A stretch of DNA of 63,813 nucleotides from Octopus bimaculoides (GCF_001194135.2 NC_068984.1:35586459-35650271); one strand, 5' to 3'; counted from the first letter of the stretch, positions 38,581 to 52,230 are shown. The notes: a model not told the origin generated them from the letters alone. Numbers and translations are program-made.

Positions 38581-39799
38581 AATGATAGCTATAAGTGAAA
38601 CAGAGGTATATGAAATCTACTCCAGCTCTGTTAATTCTTGAAACGCATCTGATATAATATTTGTATCAGATATATTTATATCTGATATAGGTGTAGGGGC
38701 ATAAATAATTTTACCCATCCACCCACACACATACACAAGTATGCACATATATCTGCGCGTGTGTTTATATGCTTATACATGCATAAACACGTCTGCACAC
38801 ACATGAACACACACACACGTGATCAAAATCACATGCACACACACAAACGCAACCATGCTCACATATTTACGTACGTACAAGCAACTGTGCGTGAGACGTT
38901 TTTCTTTTTTTCATTATTTAACTAACTTTCGACGGCTATTTTTATATTATCTTACATTTAAGTTCCTCAAATCAATGATGAATATAATACGAGAACAAAC
39001 ATGAAACTAACGAAAACCAAAAAAATGCAATATTTCCTTCAATTTAAAGTAAGGTTTCTATACGAAGATTTTTCGGCTTATATGGGTCGTTGATAAAAAG
39101 ATATCTTTTTATTCCATTAGTCTGTGTTTGTAATGTTTTTGTATGGTTTGCTTCTTGATTTTTCCATTTCAATTCAATATATATTGTGTTTTCTCCTATA
39201 TAGCCATTAGGTATGGATTTAGATGATACCGCCATTCTTTGATAGCATAATAAATTTTTAAAAAAAGAACCAAGAGAAATGTCTATTTTTATATAAAACA
39301 AAATATGAATGTAAGAAACAGAATTGTTCTGATGCAGAGTATATATATTCACTGTAATACATGAGTTATCATCATCTTAAATACACGTACACATTGATTT
39401 TGATGTATTATGATGTACATTTAGATAAATATTACACACTGAAACACTACCACACGGAGATATCTACATACAAGCATGCGTTATATACACACACATACAT
39501 ACATACACACACAGACACACACACAGACACGCACACACACACACCCACACACCCACACACACACACACATATATANNNNNNNNNNTATTGTAAATGAGTA
39601 TGTACGTATGTGTTCATGAATATATATGTGTGTGTATGTGTGTGTGTGCATTTGTAAATATGTATGTGCACATGTGTGTATGAATATAACTCTCTCTATA
39701 TATATGTGTGTGTTTGTGTATGTGTATAAAGGATCATGGTCCTTCCCGAGCCGTAGGCACGTGAAACCTAGAACCTTATTCTGTGGACTATATATTTCA

Positions 39800-39930
39800 C
39801 CCAGCTGGCTGGAACGGCTGTTCGTCCCAGGATTACTCTTTTTGACATCTTAGTGGACCAGAGCAACGTAAGATGAAGTGTCTTGCTAGATATCAAACGC
39901 ATATCGCGTGACTGACTTAAGATCGATTCG
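39800..39930 (-). mobile_element. Degraded SINE fragment (further family)
   Basis: Plus strand gtggaccagagcaacgtaagatgaagtgtcttgctagatatcaaacgc resembles the reverse complement of a widespread SINE segment (cttgagcaagacactt...cgttgctccagtccac). I recognise this from memory only. Confidence 0.4.
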
Positions 39931-40467
39931 ACAATGTTACAATTGAACGCCCTATCAATGCACGTAATCTGTAAAATTATATTCGACAGCTTCTGTTTGT
40001 ATTCCATGAATCCAATGTTGATACCGCGGTAAAGTTTGGTATAAGGTGAAATAGTATAGTATAACCGACAAAGTAATAGAAAATTAAGAACTTTCAATCT
40101 TCCGTGCGTAATACTTTATTTTATTAACAATATTGATCGATCCATATTTGATTGATTATCGTTCTACAGAAATTGAGAAATGGACACCGATGCATACTTC
40201 TTCAAGTCTCAACACCTTTCAGTGTCAGGTGGCTTTTACAAATTATTCTGAAGTATATATATGTATATATTCATATATTCCATTTTTGCTTCAACGAGCT
40301 TGCACATGCAAGTGCTACTAGACAAACGTTCCGCATACCGGGTGCTAGCAAGCTGTCATCAGCGGACGCACACTGTTTCGGAGCCTTCCTCTCGACAGGT
40401 TTATTGTACACCGGCAACTCTCACGCAAGTAAGCGGGGTCTCATATACATATATATTCATAAATATA

Positions 40468-40517
<50 letters not shown>

Positions 40518-40522
40518 CATAA

Positions 40523-40579
<57 letters not shown>

Positions 40580-40589
40580 NNNNNNNNNN

Positions 40590-40714
40590 CGCTCGGGAAT
40601 ACGAAAAGTCTTTAACGTTTCGAGCTACGCTCTTCAACAGAAAGAATACGGAGAAAACAAGGAGAAAAACACGGAGAAAAAAAATTGAATGCTGTTTGGT
40701 CAACGATCTATCAT
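40590..40714 (-). mobile_element. Interspersed repeat carrying a minimal hammerhead-like motif, copy 2
   Basis: Core 40609-40645 on the minus strand reads tcttt-CTGTTGA-A-GAGC-gta-GCTC-GAAAC-GTT-aaaga, 36/37 identical to 11594-11630. Confidence 0.65.
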
Positions 40715-41229
40715 GAAGCGTATATATATGCATATTTCTATGTGCTTGTGTGTGTGTGCGTGCGTATGTGCGCGTATTTTCATGCTTCTAGAAAGAAGAG
40801 GTTTATTTAGACACAGGAAATATATAGAGGAGTTGGTTTGGGGCTTACAAATGCACCCGAGTTCTAGAATTAATAGTAGAATTTTAGACTGTCAAGAAAC
40901 AAATTTGAATATCATACTGGTCTCAACAATGCCTTAACTTTTCTTTTGAATTGTACAAATAACAAAAATTAAAAGACTTTGAACAGAAAATTGAGGGATA
41001 CATGATTTTAAAATATCATGTTTATTGAAATTCAAATATTCAATAAATTTCAGTCTAACAGAAAATAATACAGTTCAAGTTTTCGATGAGATTCATGACA
41101 ATAATACATGATTGAGAATACGTAGGTTTCAAAGAAATTCTTCATACGATGAAATGAAAAAAATAAAAATAAAAATACCATGAAAGTTTTACAAAATGAA
41201 AACAAGATTTTTTTCTACAACTTCTGTCG

Positions 41230-41860
41230 TAGTACATGAAGGAAATGTTTTTGGCTTTTGTCTTGCTCGTGAGAACCTGAACTGCTTTAAGTTGAAATTG
41301 CTTTGTATATATAGGCTTTTAAGTTATGGGTTAAACTCCTCATTGGTCAAGAGCTGAATGATGTCATTTGTTTTTGTCCACTTGTGGCTAGATATCTGTT
41401 TGTCTGTCTGCCTGAAAATATTTACCAACTCTTTTGATCACTAGTTTTCGTCCGATAGAATCCAGTGCTCTGGCTGCTTGATTTTTTTGCGTACGTGCTT
41501 TGAATATCAATATACTGGTTACTTGTTGTTGCCTGTTAGTTGTCCAATATTCTGGTTAGGTGATTCTATTACTACATATTTAAAGTCTTTGAGTTGTCTC
41601 CCTGAAATGTCTTGCTTGGATTCAATTTGTGCAGATTTTTCTTGTCAGCTTAAATGGTATATTATTTCTGTATGACTTGGGAGGAATATAAGAGCAGATT
41701 TTGTTTTGATTCTATTTGTTTAAAGTATATATCAATTTCAATACTCTTGTCTATTTTTCAGATTAATAATATGTCTACAAAATATATATTAGTTTTGGAT
41801 TTACAATAATTATAATCTATTCTTTTGTTTCATGTAGTTGAAGATTTTCGTAATATATTT
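41230..41860 (-). mobile_element. Penelope-like element remnant (RT thumb region)
   Basis: Minus-strand translation gives IYFVDILLI*KIDKSIEIDIYFKQIESKQNL, then HT..NIPFKLTRKICT (cf. PLE FLDxxxxxxxxxxTDIYxKPTDxxQYL...HPxHxxxNIPxxLARRICTI). It is heavily decayed. Confidence 0.7.
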
Positions 41861-41899
41861 TCTGAAAAGGGAATAATTCGAATTTCTCTTTACATCCAG

Positions 41900-43385
41900 T
41901 TTTGCACCCCAAACCCAAAAATGATAAACATGTTCAGCCTAAAGGAAATTGAAATAAAACTTACGGAGTATCAACTTAAATTGAAGCCATTTCCAAAACC
42001 TGGCAGAACGGATTTTATATAAAATAGGCATTTTACAGAAAATTTCTTCTACGCGATTTCCTCCAAAAGAAACTCGCGGAAGATGTATTACTTATGGAAA
42101 GCATAACAGGATTTAAGACTCCACTGAACAAGAATATGCACTTGGAGGAATACATAAAGTGTTCGTCAACAAATTCTATAATAAAAATATTATGAAATGC
42201 ACTGGAATATCCACGGAAACGTTCCTCTATAGGCATTATAGAGAAATTATAGAGAAATGCTTTTAAACAGGTAATGACCAGCAAACATTAAAGATCAATG
42301 CAGATAGAAAAAAAATATAAAATGTCTAAAGTTAGTAAATTAATGGACAAATTAGGAAATAACTTCACAAAATGTTAAGGCGTTGGCTTACTTACCGAAA
42401 GAGCTAACGATTTGGATTATTTTATAAATTCTGTGGTAAATACAAATACCTTTTATTGACTGCCAAATGTCTATAAAACAAAAGTAAATAACAGCTTAAT
42501 AGGGCATCCATACATCATATGCGAAAATTTCGAAATTATGTTCAATTGTTTCAGGGCGAGCATCTAGCACAGAACGATCGAGCTATTTATTTCACGGAAG
42601 TTTGAATCTTACATGCAAAATCATGACCAGTATTTTCAGAGATGACACTGACTTCCTTAACCACCTTCCGTAGAGAGCAGATAAACAGATTGCCATGGCT
42701 AGATTTCACGCAACCAATCTATAAACAAATATTGCATAAGGATTAAGATTAGATGCAGTAGAACTCTGTATAATCAAATACTCATAAAATATTCAGGAGG
42801 GATTCTCAAAAGAGCTTATACGTGAAATTGCGATTGGTACTAGATATCAACTAGTTCTCCTATGATAACCAGTACTGCCTACAAATACAGGCTATGGCTA
42901 AGAGAGGAAAACTTGCGACACTAATAATGTGATTCCTGGAAGAAAATGTAAATAACGTGTTTGGAAAAACTTTTGATAAACAACTTCAATCGTATTCAAT
43001 AGAATAGGATTGAAATTGTTTGGATGACTACTTCAGATTTTGGTAAAAATTAGGGAGGATATTGCAAGATTCCTTAAATTAATAACCAGTATTTATGAAT
43101 CGATCCATTTCACTTTGTAAATGAATGAAAGGTAACTTCCTTTCTGGACATTGTGATAATTGAAGGAAATCAGACAGTGATAACTGAACTCTAGTGCAAA
43201 GGTACAATGACACACCAAACTTTCGCCACCTTTTCAACACAAAGAGGGACATATCAATCAATATGGCATGATGCGTATGATAAATACTTACAGACACAAG
43301 TAAACGACAGACAAGACTAGAATCATTTTGAAGCGGAAATACTACCAAAACATAATAAAACATGTCATAAACAAAGCAAAAGAAT
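41900..43385 (+). mobile_element. Penelope-like element remnant: N-terminal region plus RT
   Basis: Manual translation gives INMFSLKEIEIKL..QLKLKPFPKP, FKTPLNKNMHLEEYI, FY*LPNVYK, SIVSGRASSTERSS, FRDDTDFLNHLP, DNQYCLQIQAMA...ATLIM*FLEE, CLDDYFRFW, SIHFTL, LPFLDIVII. These are collinear PLE RT motifs with many stops and frameshifts. Confidence 0.8.
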
Positions 43386-43386
43386 T

Positions 43387-43834
43387 CAGTTGCCATAAAA
43401 TGCTCCGGCATCTCGTCAGTTATCGAGACAATAAAAAAATGCTATGAAAATGACCGTTACACAAAGGGAAATTACTATGTAATTGACCATTATTAAGACA
43501 AAAGTGTGTGAGTGGACAGATGCATATAGGCGCATGTACGTGGGTGAGCTTGCGCGTATGTCAATCTATGTACGTGTGCGCTTATGCGATTGCTATGAGC
43601 CTTTTAGCTTTTTTTACTTCCTTACTGTTTAGTTTCTCCCCTTCGGTATGTTTTCCCCTTATTCAACGGTCATTCTAATAAATCATTTGTCTTAATAACG
43701 GTCAATTACATAGTAATTTCCCTATGTTTAACGGTTATTTTCATAACAATCTTTGATTGCCTTGATAACTGACGAGATGCTGGAGCATTTTTCCGCCCCA
43801 ACATCCAAAACTCGGAGTTTTATTATGGCAACCG
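43387..43834. mobile_element. MITE-like foldback element with ~110-bp inverted arms
   Basis: 43397-43503 (aaaatgctccggcatctcgtcagttatc...gggaaattactatgtaattgaccattattaagacaaa) is the reverse complement of 43686-43791. The termini cagttgccataa (43387) and ttatggcaaccg (43834) also pair. Confidence 0.85.
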
Positions 43835-44387
43835 TATAATTGTCACATATTATATTACAGATAAATTCCTCTATTTACATAATATCGAGCTCTCATTCAT
43901 TCTTTTGTTGTCTTACCATTACTATTAATATATATNNNNNNNNNNNNNNNNNNNNNNNNNNNNNNNNNNNNNNNNNNNNNNNNNNNNNNNNNNNNNNNNN
44001 NNNNNNNNNNNNNNNNNNNNNNNNNNNNNNNNNNNNNNNNNNNNNNNNNNNNNNNNNNNNNNNNNNNNNNNNNNNNNNNNNNNNNNNNNNNNNNNNNNNN
44101 NNNNNNNNNNNNNNNNNNNNNNNNNNNNNNNNNNNNNNNNNNNNNNNNNNNNNNNNNNNNNNNNNNNNNNNNNNNNNNNNNNNNNNNNNNNNNNNNNNNN
44201 NNNNNNNNNNNNNNNNNNNNNNNNNNNNNNNNNNNNNNNNNNNNNNNNNNNNNNNNNNNNNNNNNNNNNNNNNNNNNNNNNNNNNNNNNNNNNNNNNNNN
44301 NNNNNNNNNNNNNNNNNNNNNNNNNNNNNNNNNNNNNNNNNNNNNNNNNNNNNNNNNNNNNNNNNNNNNNNNNNNNNNNNNNNNNNN

Positions 44388-44440
<53 letters not shown>

Positions 44441-47400
44441 ATACGTATATATATGTATATGCAGATATATATGTATGTATAGGCTATACAATAGCTATTC
44501 ATATATAGTCTTATACATGCGTGTATATACACAAAAATACATGTACGTGTGACAGTTAACTATTGTGTTTTATTACAGCAATCGAATGCAAAGATTCAAT
44601 GATTCAATTACACTTCCAAACTGATTGAATTATAGCCAATCTTCTTACAGCATCGCTTTAACAAGACACAGAAACTTAATAATATTTAAGTTCTTATTGA
44701 TTTGTTTAAATTGTTTTTGCGAATCTAACTTTTCATAATCGCAGTTCTCTTTGTCATCACTGCTTACTCAGTTCACGCTTTGATTTTTCAATGTTGTCTT
44801 TAATTCTTCATCACATTCTCTGGTTTTGAGACTTATGTTTATTTATTTATATCTTTACATATTAAGCATATTATTTAGCAATATTTCATTATAGTTGATG
44901 ACATAATTCTTAGTTTTAAGGTAATATGCATTGCTGCTTTCAGTTACCACGGAATTTCAACCCGCTGCAATATATTCGCATTTAATTCTGGCATAATGGA
45001 TAGCATCACAATAACGAATTTACGTTGAGTTGTTAATCAAAACATGCGTTTTCAAACATCCCTAGGAGAGACAGAGAGGGTAGTTCAAAACAAATAGTTG
45101 AAGACAGAATGAAAATTTGTATCAGCAGAATTAACACACGAGCGATACTGCAAAATACGGCTGCAGTCATCAAACTATAAGGTGGAAAAGAGACATATCT
45201 CGATAATGAAAGATAACGAAAGCTGTCCTCTAATTAGCAACCCAAAAGATCGCCTTCACAGATTTTTTTTTTTAATCAACATTAATTATTTCATTATCAT
45301 TCATGAGTTCTTCTTAATATACTTATGTATACAGCTGATGAAGCTAGAAAGATGCAGCATTATCCTAAAAACAATGAAACAATTTTCATTCACCTCTTTT
45401 ACCTGGTGCTGTTATTATCGATTCTCGGCTTTGTTCCTTCTAACTACATATCCAAAAAGAGAACCGTTTCATCACTATATTTTGTGAAAACGTCTGTGAT
45501 TTCTTTCCATTTTGCTTTGTGTCCTCATTCTTTCATTCACTCTGTTTTTTCCTGTTTTTGTTTTCTCTTTTCGTTACTCTATCACCCCCACCCCTACTGT
45601 TTCCCTCGTTCTGTCAATTGCATTTCCCTCTACAACATTTCTTGTCACTTGTTTGTTAATCTTCGCTCTCCTGCGAGTTACGTATTTTCCATTTCTTATA
45701 ATAATTGTTTATGGTCTTGTATTGTCAACTTGTTTGCAAGTTCTTTCTCGCTTATAATTATATAATCAAGGAAAATGTAGGGAATCATGAATTTAGCTTA
45801 CTGATATCTACGTTCAATTTTGTCTACTGTATTGAAAAATTTAATTAGTCAAATCGCTTACAGAAATTCTCGCATTAATCCAATTATGTGTTAAAATTTC
45901 ACAGCTGATTTAAAACATACTGTTGTTGTACAATTCTTCTGATCTTTAGTATAATACAAAAATGGCAAGGAAAATCTCTATATATGTGCGCGCGCGTGTG
46001 TGGGTACGTGTGTGTATGTATGTGTGTTTACTATTACCCCTCCCTTCTGAAATTGTAATAATAAGCTGACATCTTTGAAATTCTCATTTACCCCATAAAT
46101 TCGTTTTTCTTCATCACTGTACATGCATACAATAAACTTGAATTTTTTTATCTTTCAAGGATGGGAGAATTGTCAGGTTTGTTCCAGGTATAGAAAATAT
46201 GTGTCTAACGTCACTTATCTTGTCTATCCATCTACGGAAATATTGATTGTCCGGGGTGAACACGGGCTCTTTAATATATATCTGATATTCGGCAACATGA
46301 CATATAACAATGCATTTGTTGGAAATTCTCAAAATATACAGCAATAATTTTAAGTGATCTGATGAGATGTCTGTTTGTAATCTCATTTACTAATTTGCTA
46401 ATTATTGTGTGGATTTTCACGAGTTTTGTACTGGCGAATCAAAGTATGAATTTATGAAATGATTCCTTTAGCTATTGAAACGACCGTAACATTTAATAGA
46501 GTTATGTAATACCATTATCTTTCCTAGTTTTGAACTATAAATAAATTGTGCAGAACAACTAAGTACATAAAGTCCGATTTACATACCGTAATGCAAGTAT
46601 TCAAATTACTTTCCAAGTGAATTCTATCGGCAAATTATTTCATGATCTCATACTTTTATAATAAGAGGAATTCTTAACAACATGAAGAAGTTGAAAACAG
46701 ATTATAAGCTTCTTAACTCAAATATCCTTTTACTTATTCCTTTTATCTTTTGAATAAAATGGACGAATTTTGTTCCTACTACTATGCAATAGAATTTAAT
46801 ATTTCCATTTATCCATGTATATCGCTGAAGTATTCGATTTTCATAATGGAATGATTTCTGATTATATATTAAAATAATACTCTATATTATCTAACAAGTT
46901 TTCGAAGTACATCCAGCTCCATTTCTTTATGCCCTAATTTTCAGAAGGTAACTTACATGCAATATGTTATTAAAGTTATTTAGACTGTCGTTGGAAACAT
47001 TGTATTCAAGACTATTCGAATGAACTAGATATGTACTGCTATACTGATTGCTTACTAAGAAGTTACAATAGAAAGGATTAAATAGACTCAATATTTTAGC
47101 GCAACATACGATAATTATTGGTTTCTGAAGAATATATTTGCTTATGTGGATAATGTACTTATTAATGTCATTGTATGAAGCAGAAGCAATAAGAAACGTG
47201 CACCTTTTCAGGGGAAGCTATATTTACTAACACTTACAGCCGTTCTTAGTACATGAAAATATCCATGAAATTAACTGCATTATCAGGAAATATATTATTA
47301 TCAAAAACATATTTTTTACGAGTTTCTAAAAAACTCGATTTCCATCATTTATACACATTTGAATGCTCTTCTAGCATAAAATACTCATAAATATAAACTA

Positions 47401-47781
47401 GTAAACTAGACAAATGAAAACAAACGTTATGTAGATCAAATTCCGAATTACTTTTATCTCACATTATTTCTTATGCCACCTTCAACTGGAGTGTACTTAT
47501 GAAAATACTTCTATTCATAATTACGATTGTAAGTACGTTTCTAAAATATCAGATTAAATATTTCAAAAATACTTATTGCAATGATGAATACATATTTCTC
47601 TGCGGTATGGAGTTCATAATCTTGAATTCTACAGGGTACAAGCAAGGTAGACATGACGATGTATGGTGAGTATATAGCATATAAACAAGGAAACAATACG
47701 GGAAGTTAGTTTTCCTTTAACACACTGAAATATGCGCATGGATTCAGCTCACTTTTTGCTCAGCCTAATATGGTATTTACA

Positions 47782-47815
<34 letters not shown>

Positions 47816-48189
47816 NNNNNNNNNNNNNNNNNNNNNNNNNNNNNNNNNNNNNNNNNNNNNNNNNNNNNNNNNNNNNNNNNNNNNNNNNNNNNNNNNNNNN
47901 NNNNNNNNNNNNNNNNNNNNNNNNNNNNNNNNNNNNNNNNNNNNNNNNNNNNNNNNNNNNNNNNNNNNNNNNNNNNNNNNNNNNNNNNNNNNNNNNNNNN
48001 NNNNNNNNNNNNNNNNNNNNNNNNNNNNNNNNNNNNNNNNNNNNNNNNNNNNNNNNNNNNNNNNNNNNNNNNNNNNNNNNNNNNNNNNNNNNNNNNNNNN
48101 NNNNNNNNNNNNNNNNNNNNNNNNNNNNNNTATGGGTACAGGATATCAAAAAGTGTTAACTACAATGAGAAACGAAAACATAAAGACGA

Positions 48190-49057
48190 AAACAGAAAAC
48201 GAACTTTTTTCAAACAACGAAAGTACAAACAGAGAAACGAGACATGCAGCATAATGAGTATAACCCTTCGTCAGTTGTTCCTATTCCATCTACTCCGCGT
48301 TCAAAGGCAAGGACAATACGCGACTTCTTAGAACAGTCCTTCCCGCAAAACAAATTAAATAAAATTTGGAATTTTTTGCAGAGGGCGAAAGTGTTAACAA
48401 GAACATAAGAGTGAGAACAAGACAGTAAAAACAATAAGAATAGCACAGTGAGAACAAGACAGTAAAAACAAACAGTGAGGGCTGTTAAGCCAAGACGATA
48501 GAACAATTATTATGAACGCTAAGATAGATGTGCATGAGAGAAGAAAAAGGAAAAAAAATATGTCTTTTCTATAAGAAGGCAGTGAGCAGAAAGAGAGATC
48601 CCCTTTNNNNNNNNNNGTCAAGGAGGAAGAGTGAGAGGGAGAGAGATGGAACGGTGAACGGGAAAGAAGAATAGGGAAAGGGTGGGAGAGAAAAACAGAA
48701 AGGATGAAGAACACGAGAGGGAGAGAGATAGACAGGGAAGAGATAGTAATAGTAGCAGAGTGCGTTCCATCATATACTAATTTAAATAATATATAAACAT
48801 ATGCATATATCCATACATATATGTACTTGCCTACATCTATATGCATGCATCTATCTATATACATGCATATATGGGGACAGGATATAAAAAAAAAACATTA
48901 AACATAAGGAGAATCAAAACCAGAAAACGAACTTTTTTCGAACAACGAAAGAAACAAACAGAGAAATGAGACATGCAACATAAATAGTATAACCCTTCGT
49001 CAGTTGTCCTTGTTCCATCTACTCCATGTTTCGAAAGCAAGGACAATACGCGACTTC
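48190..49057. repeat. Two diverged direct copies of a ~137-bp element (48190-48327 and 48921-49057)
   Basis: Both read cagaaaacgaactttttt...gtataacccttcgtcagttgt...ccatctactcc...gcaaggacaatacgcgacttc. Confidence 0.9.
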
Positions 49058-49062
49058 ATTGG

Positions 49063-49129
<67 letters not shown>

Positions 49130-51032
49130 TTATATACACATATATACTGTAATATATAATCAACTCACTTATATCAATATTTTACAAATTTGCAAAATGA
49201 TTTTGAAGGAAATGTTAGACAATGCAGCGTATGCTTCCTGAGTGTTTAAAGTTAGAATATTCTTCCTAATTTACAAATACAGGATAGGTGACATATATAA
49301 TGTTAAGGTATAAAATCTTAATGAGCTATGAAAATTTGAATTGGATATCTAAATGTAATGATTAATGCCCTCGCTCTCTTTTGCACGGTATATATCAGTA
49401 TTTATGCCTGTGAACTCTTGTGTATATATACAAACATAAATGTGCGTATGTATGTGTCTAAATATATTTGCCTATCAATCCTTTAAAATAAAGGTGTTTC
49501 AGTGCATGAAAATATTTCATCTTTACACTGTATGAGAATGTCAAGTGAATATATTTAATATAAATCATATTTCAATTCAACATCACAAGCAGCATTGCTC
49601 CTAGCACAGCTATCGACTATCACTTTTCTTAATTGCATATATCAAATACGATAGTCCAATTTGAATAGATGTCATCCGCAAGTTAATATAACCAATAAAT
49701 AATATTCCATTCGGCCGTACTTCTTATATAGTCCACTTCGTTCATTGAAATAATCCTAAATAGATTACAAATATTCAGATGCTGAGTAAATATTTCGAAG
49801 TAATATATTATAAAAGGGTGACTTACTGAAACTAAGAATAAAAAGCTATTTAATGAACGAAACTTACTTAAATACTGAAAACTATGTGCTATTTTTATGT
49901 TGTATTTTTATATATTTTTATGTGCTATTTTTATGTATGCCTCCGTTCGTCTAAGTATATATACACATGGAACATACAGCATAGACATGTAATCTTAACT
50001 CAAAAATATGACTGGGATCTCAGAATAAATGCGTGTGTGTGTGTGTGTGTGTGTATGTTTGCGTGTGTGTTTGTGTGTTTGCTTGCTTGTGTGTGTGTAT
50101 GTGTGAGTGTGTGTGCAGTTTTCAATATTGGCACAATAAAATTACAGCCGCGATAATGGAAAAGCTTAGTGAATTTCGTTTGTGATGACGTTCTAAAAGT
50201 ATCGAAAGTTAATTTAAGTTAATTCATTTAAACGTTTCACACATCCTTTGTTAATATGACTATTTCTACCTGATTAAGCAGGGATTTAACAGAAATTAGA
50301 ATGACAGAGGAAACCATGCTTATCGACGGCTTGTTTTTTGTTTTTTTTTTAGATCTGTAGCTTTCCATAAACTTTTACGCGCACTCACGTTATGATCTCT
50401 CCATCAGTGGAATAAAGACTGAGACATTGAGCAGCTAGAGTATCGAGGATATCATTGTGCGAGATATTTTAGATATATTAGCATTGAATTTGGTTCCAAC
50501 TTGTTGAATAAATTAATTTTCTAAGCAATTGCTCATATTTACCTTTGTCAAGTATTTCCCATTATTTCAGCCTACTTAATGCAATGTTTCAACAGAGCGG
50601 AGCTGTAAATATTCCAATAGAACAATTGCCCTTCCTGAATCGGATCTTGAAACCTTGGTGTTTAAGATTGGAGTTGAAACCGATTGATCTATTTTATACT
50701 TGTAAAGGCTTCAAAATCTGTTTTGTTTTGTTTTTTTCTTTGTCACTTATCAATTTAAGACTACAATTAGACCAACAAACGAAACGGAAGTAATATGTCG
50801 ACACGAAAGAAGTATACAGGTAACTATTAAGAAAAAACGAAATTTCAGCTTTATTTGTATGCATGTATGCATGTGGCCTGTGTATAAATATATATATATA
50901 TATAAATATAACTACATACAACACACACAAATACACACATTCAGAGGTTCATATATATATACATGTATATATGTGTGTGTGTGCTTTTATATATGTATAT
51001 ATATATGGATGTGTGAATGTATATATATATAT

Positions 51033-51089
<57 letters not shown>

Positions 51090-51628
51090 AGCATACATAT
51101 ATATACATACATATACATATATATATATATAAATGTATGTATATTGTTTCAATGTGTACAAATAACAAGGAAAAAATGAATATCTACTACCAGGGTACCA
51201 AAAACTCACATATGTGCCAAAGATATTACAGCCTACATTAAAAAGTTGAAGTTCCGGGGTTAAGCGTATTGTTTTTGTATAACATGGATACAATCAAAAA
51301 ATGGAGTCAAACGCAGGTGTTATTTAAATTATGTATACTTACAACAAATGTTTCAAAAAAGAATTGAGATTATTCCGGAGGGAATAAAGATGATGTAAAA
51401 CAATGCAAACATCTCGTTAGGAAAAAATATGAACAAAACATATCAATAAGCGATTCCAACTGAATGTGATGACCGCATACGTAAGTACATCATGTAAGGA
51501 GAACGCTACCAAGTTATTGTTTTAAAAAACCGTTAATAGATTTAACGTCGAAAGTAATTTAGAGAATGAGAAGGAGATGAGAGAAGGAAAATTAAGAGTG
51601 GAAAATTATAATGTGATAAATGAAAGGG

Positions 51629-51698
51629 AATGAAGTTTTAAAATAGATATACGTAGAGGAAATGAAGTTTTAAAATAGATATACGTAGAGGAAATGAA
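51629..51698. repeat. 32-bp tandem duplication
   Basis: aatgaagttttaaaatagatatacgtagagga starts at 51629 and 51661. Confidence 0.9.
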
Positions 51699-51743
51699 AT
51701 GTAAGAAGACAGTTAAAGGTCCAATTTTATAGATTGGTAGAAA

Positions 51744-52050
51744 TTACTTATAGGAACTAAGGGTATGTTTTTTGCAATATTTACAACGATAAACGCCTTC
51801 TTTAAACGTTTCTGCAAGAGTATTTTTCAAGAAAAGGATAAAAAATAGCTCGTTGTTACAGACCGGACAAAAAGATTTACCTTTGTCATATGGGAAGCAT
51901 CTAGATAGAATTTTGCAATCCAAATCGTATTGTATATTATGTTCCTTTAGAGTCCAAATTAATTTATTTAGTCCAGTTTTGTTGCGTTTATTGATATGTC
52001 TAAATGTAAAATGAAGTTTAGATATTCTTTTTGACAAGTGAGACGAAGAA
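51744..52050 (-). mobile_element. Penelope-like element remnant: C-terminal part of a GIY-YIG endonuclease domain
   Basis: ORF 51744-52082 contains KRISKLHFTFRHINKRNKTGLNKLIWTLKEHNIQYDLDCKILSRCFPY...FCPVCNNELFFIL...RCKYCKKHTL. This matches the pattern KRxxxHxxxF...TxLSKxIWxLK...WxI...Y...CxLCxxEKxxI...CRHxxKxxL that I know from PLE endonuclease tails. Confidence 0.75.
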
Positions 52051-52230
52051 CAACTTGTATTAAAAGACATCAGAAGACACAAATGCCTCCTTTTTTACAC
52101 TCTCCTGTCTTACAAAGAACATTTTTCTTCATCCATTCCCTTCCGAGCATTTCGAAACATAACTATGTGAGGATTGTTGGCGATTTTTTTACCTCCGTCT
52201 TCTTTTTCTCTCGGACTTTCCTCTGTCTCC

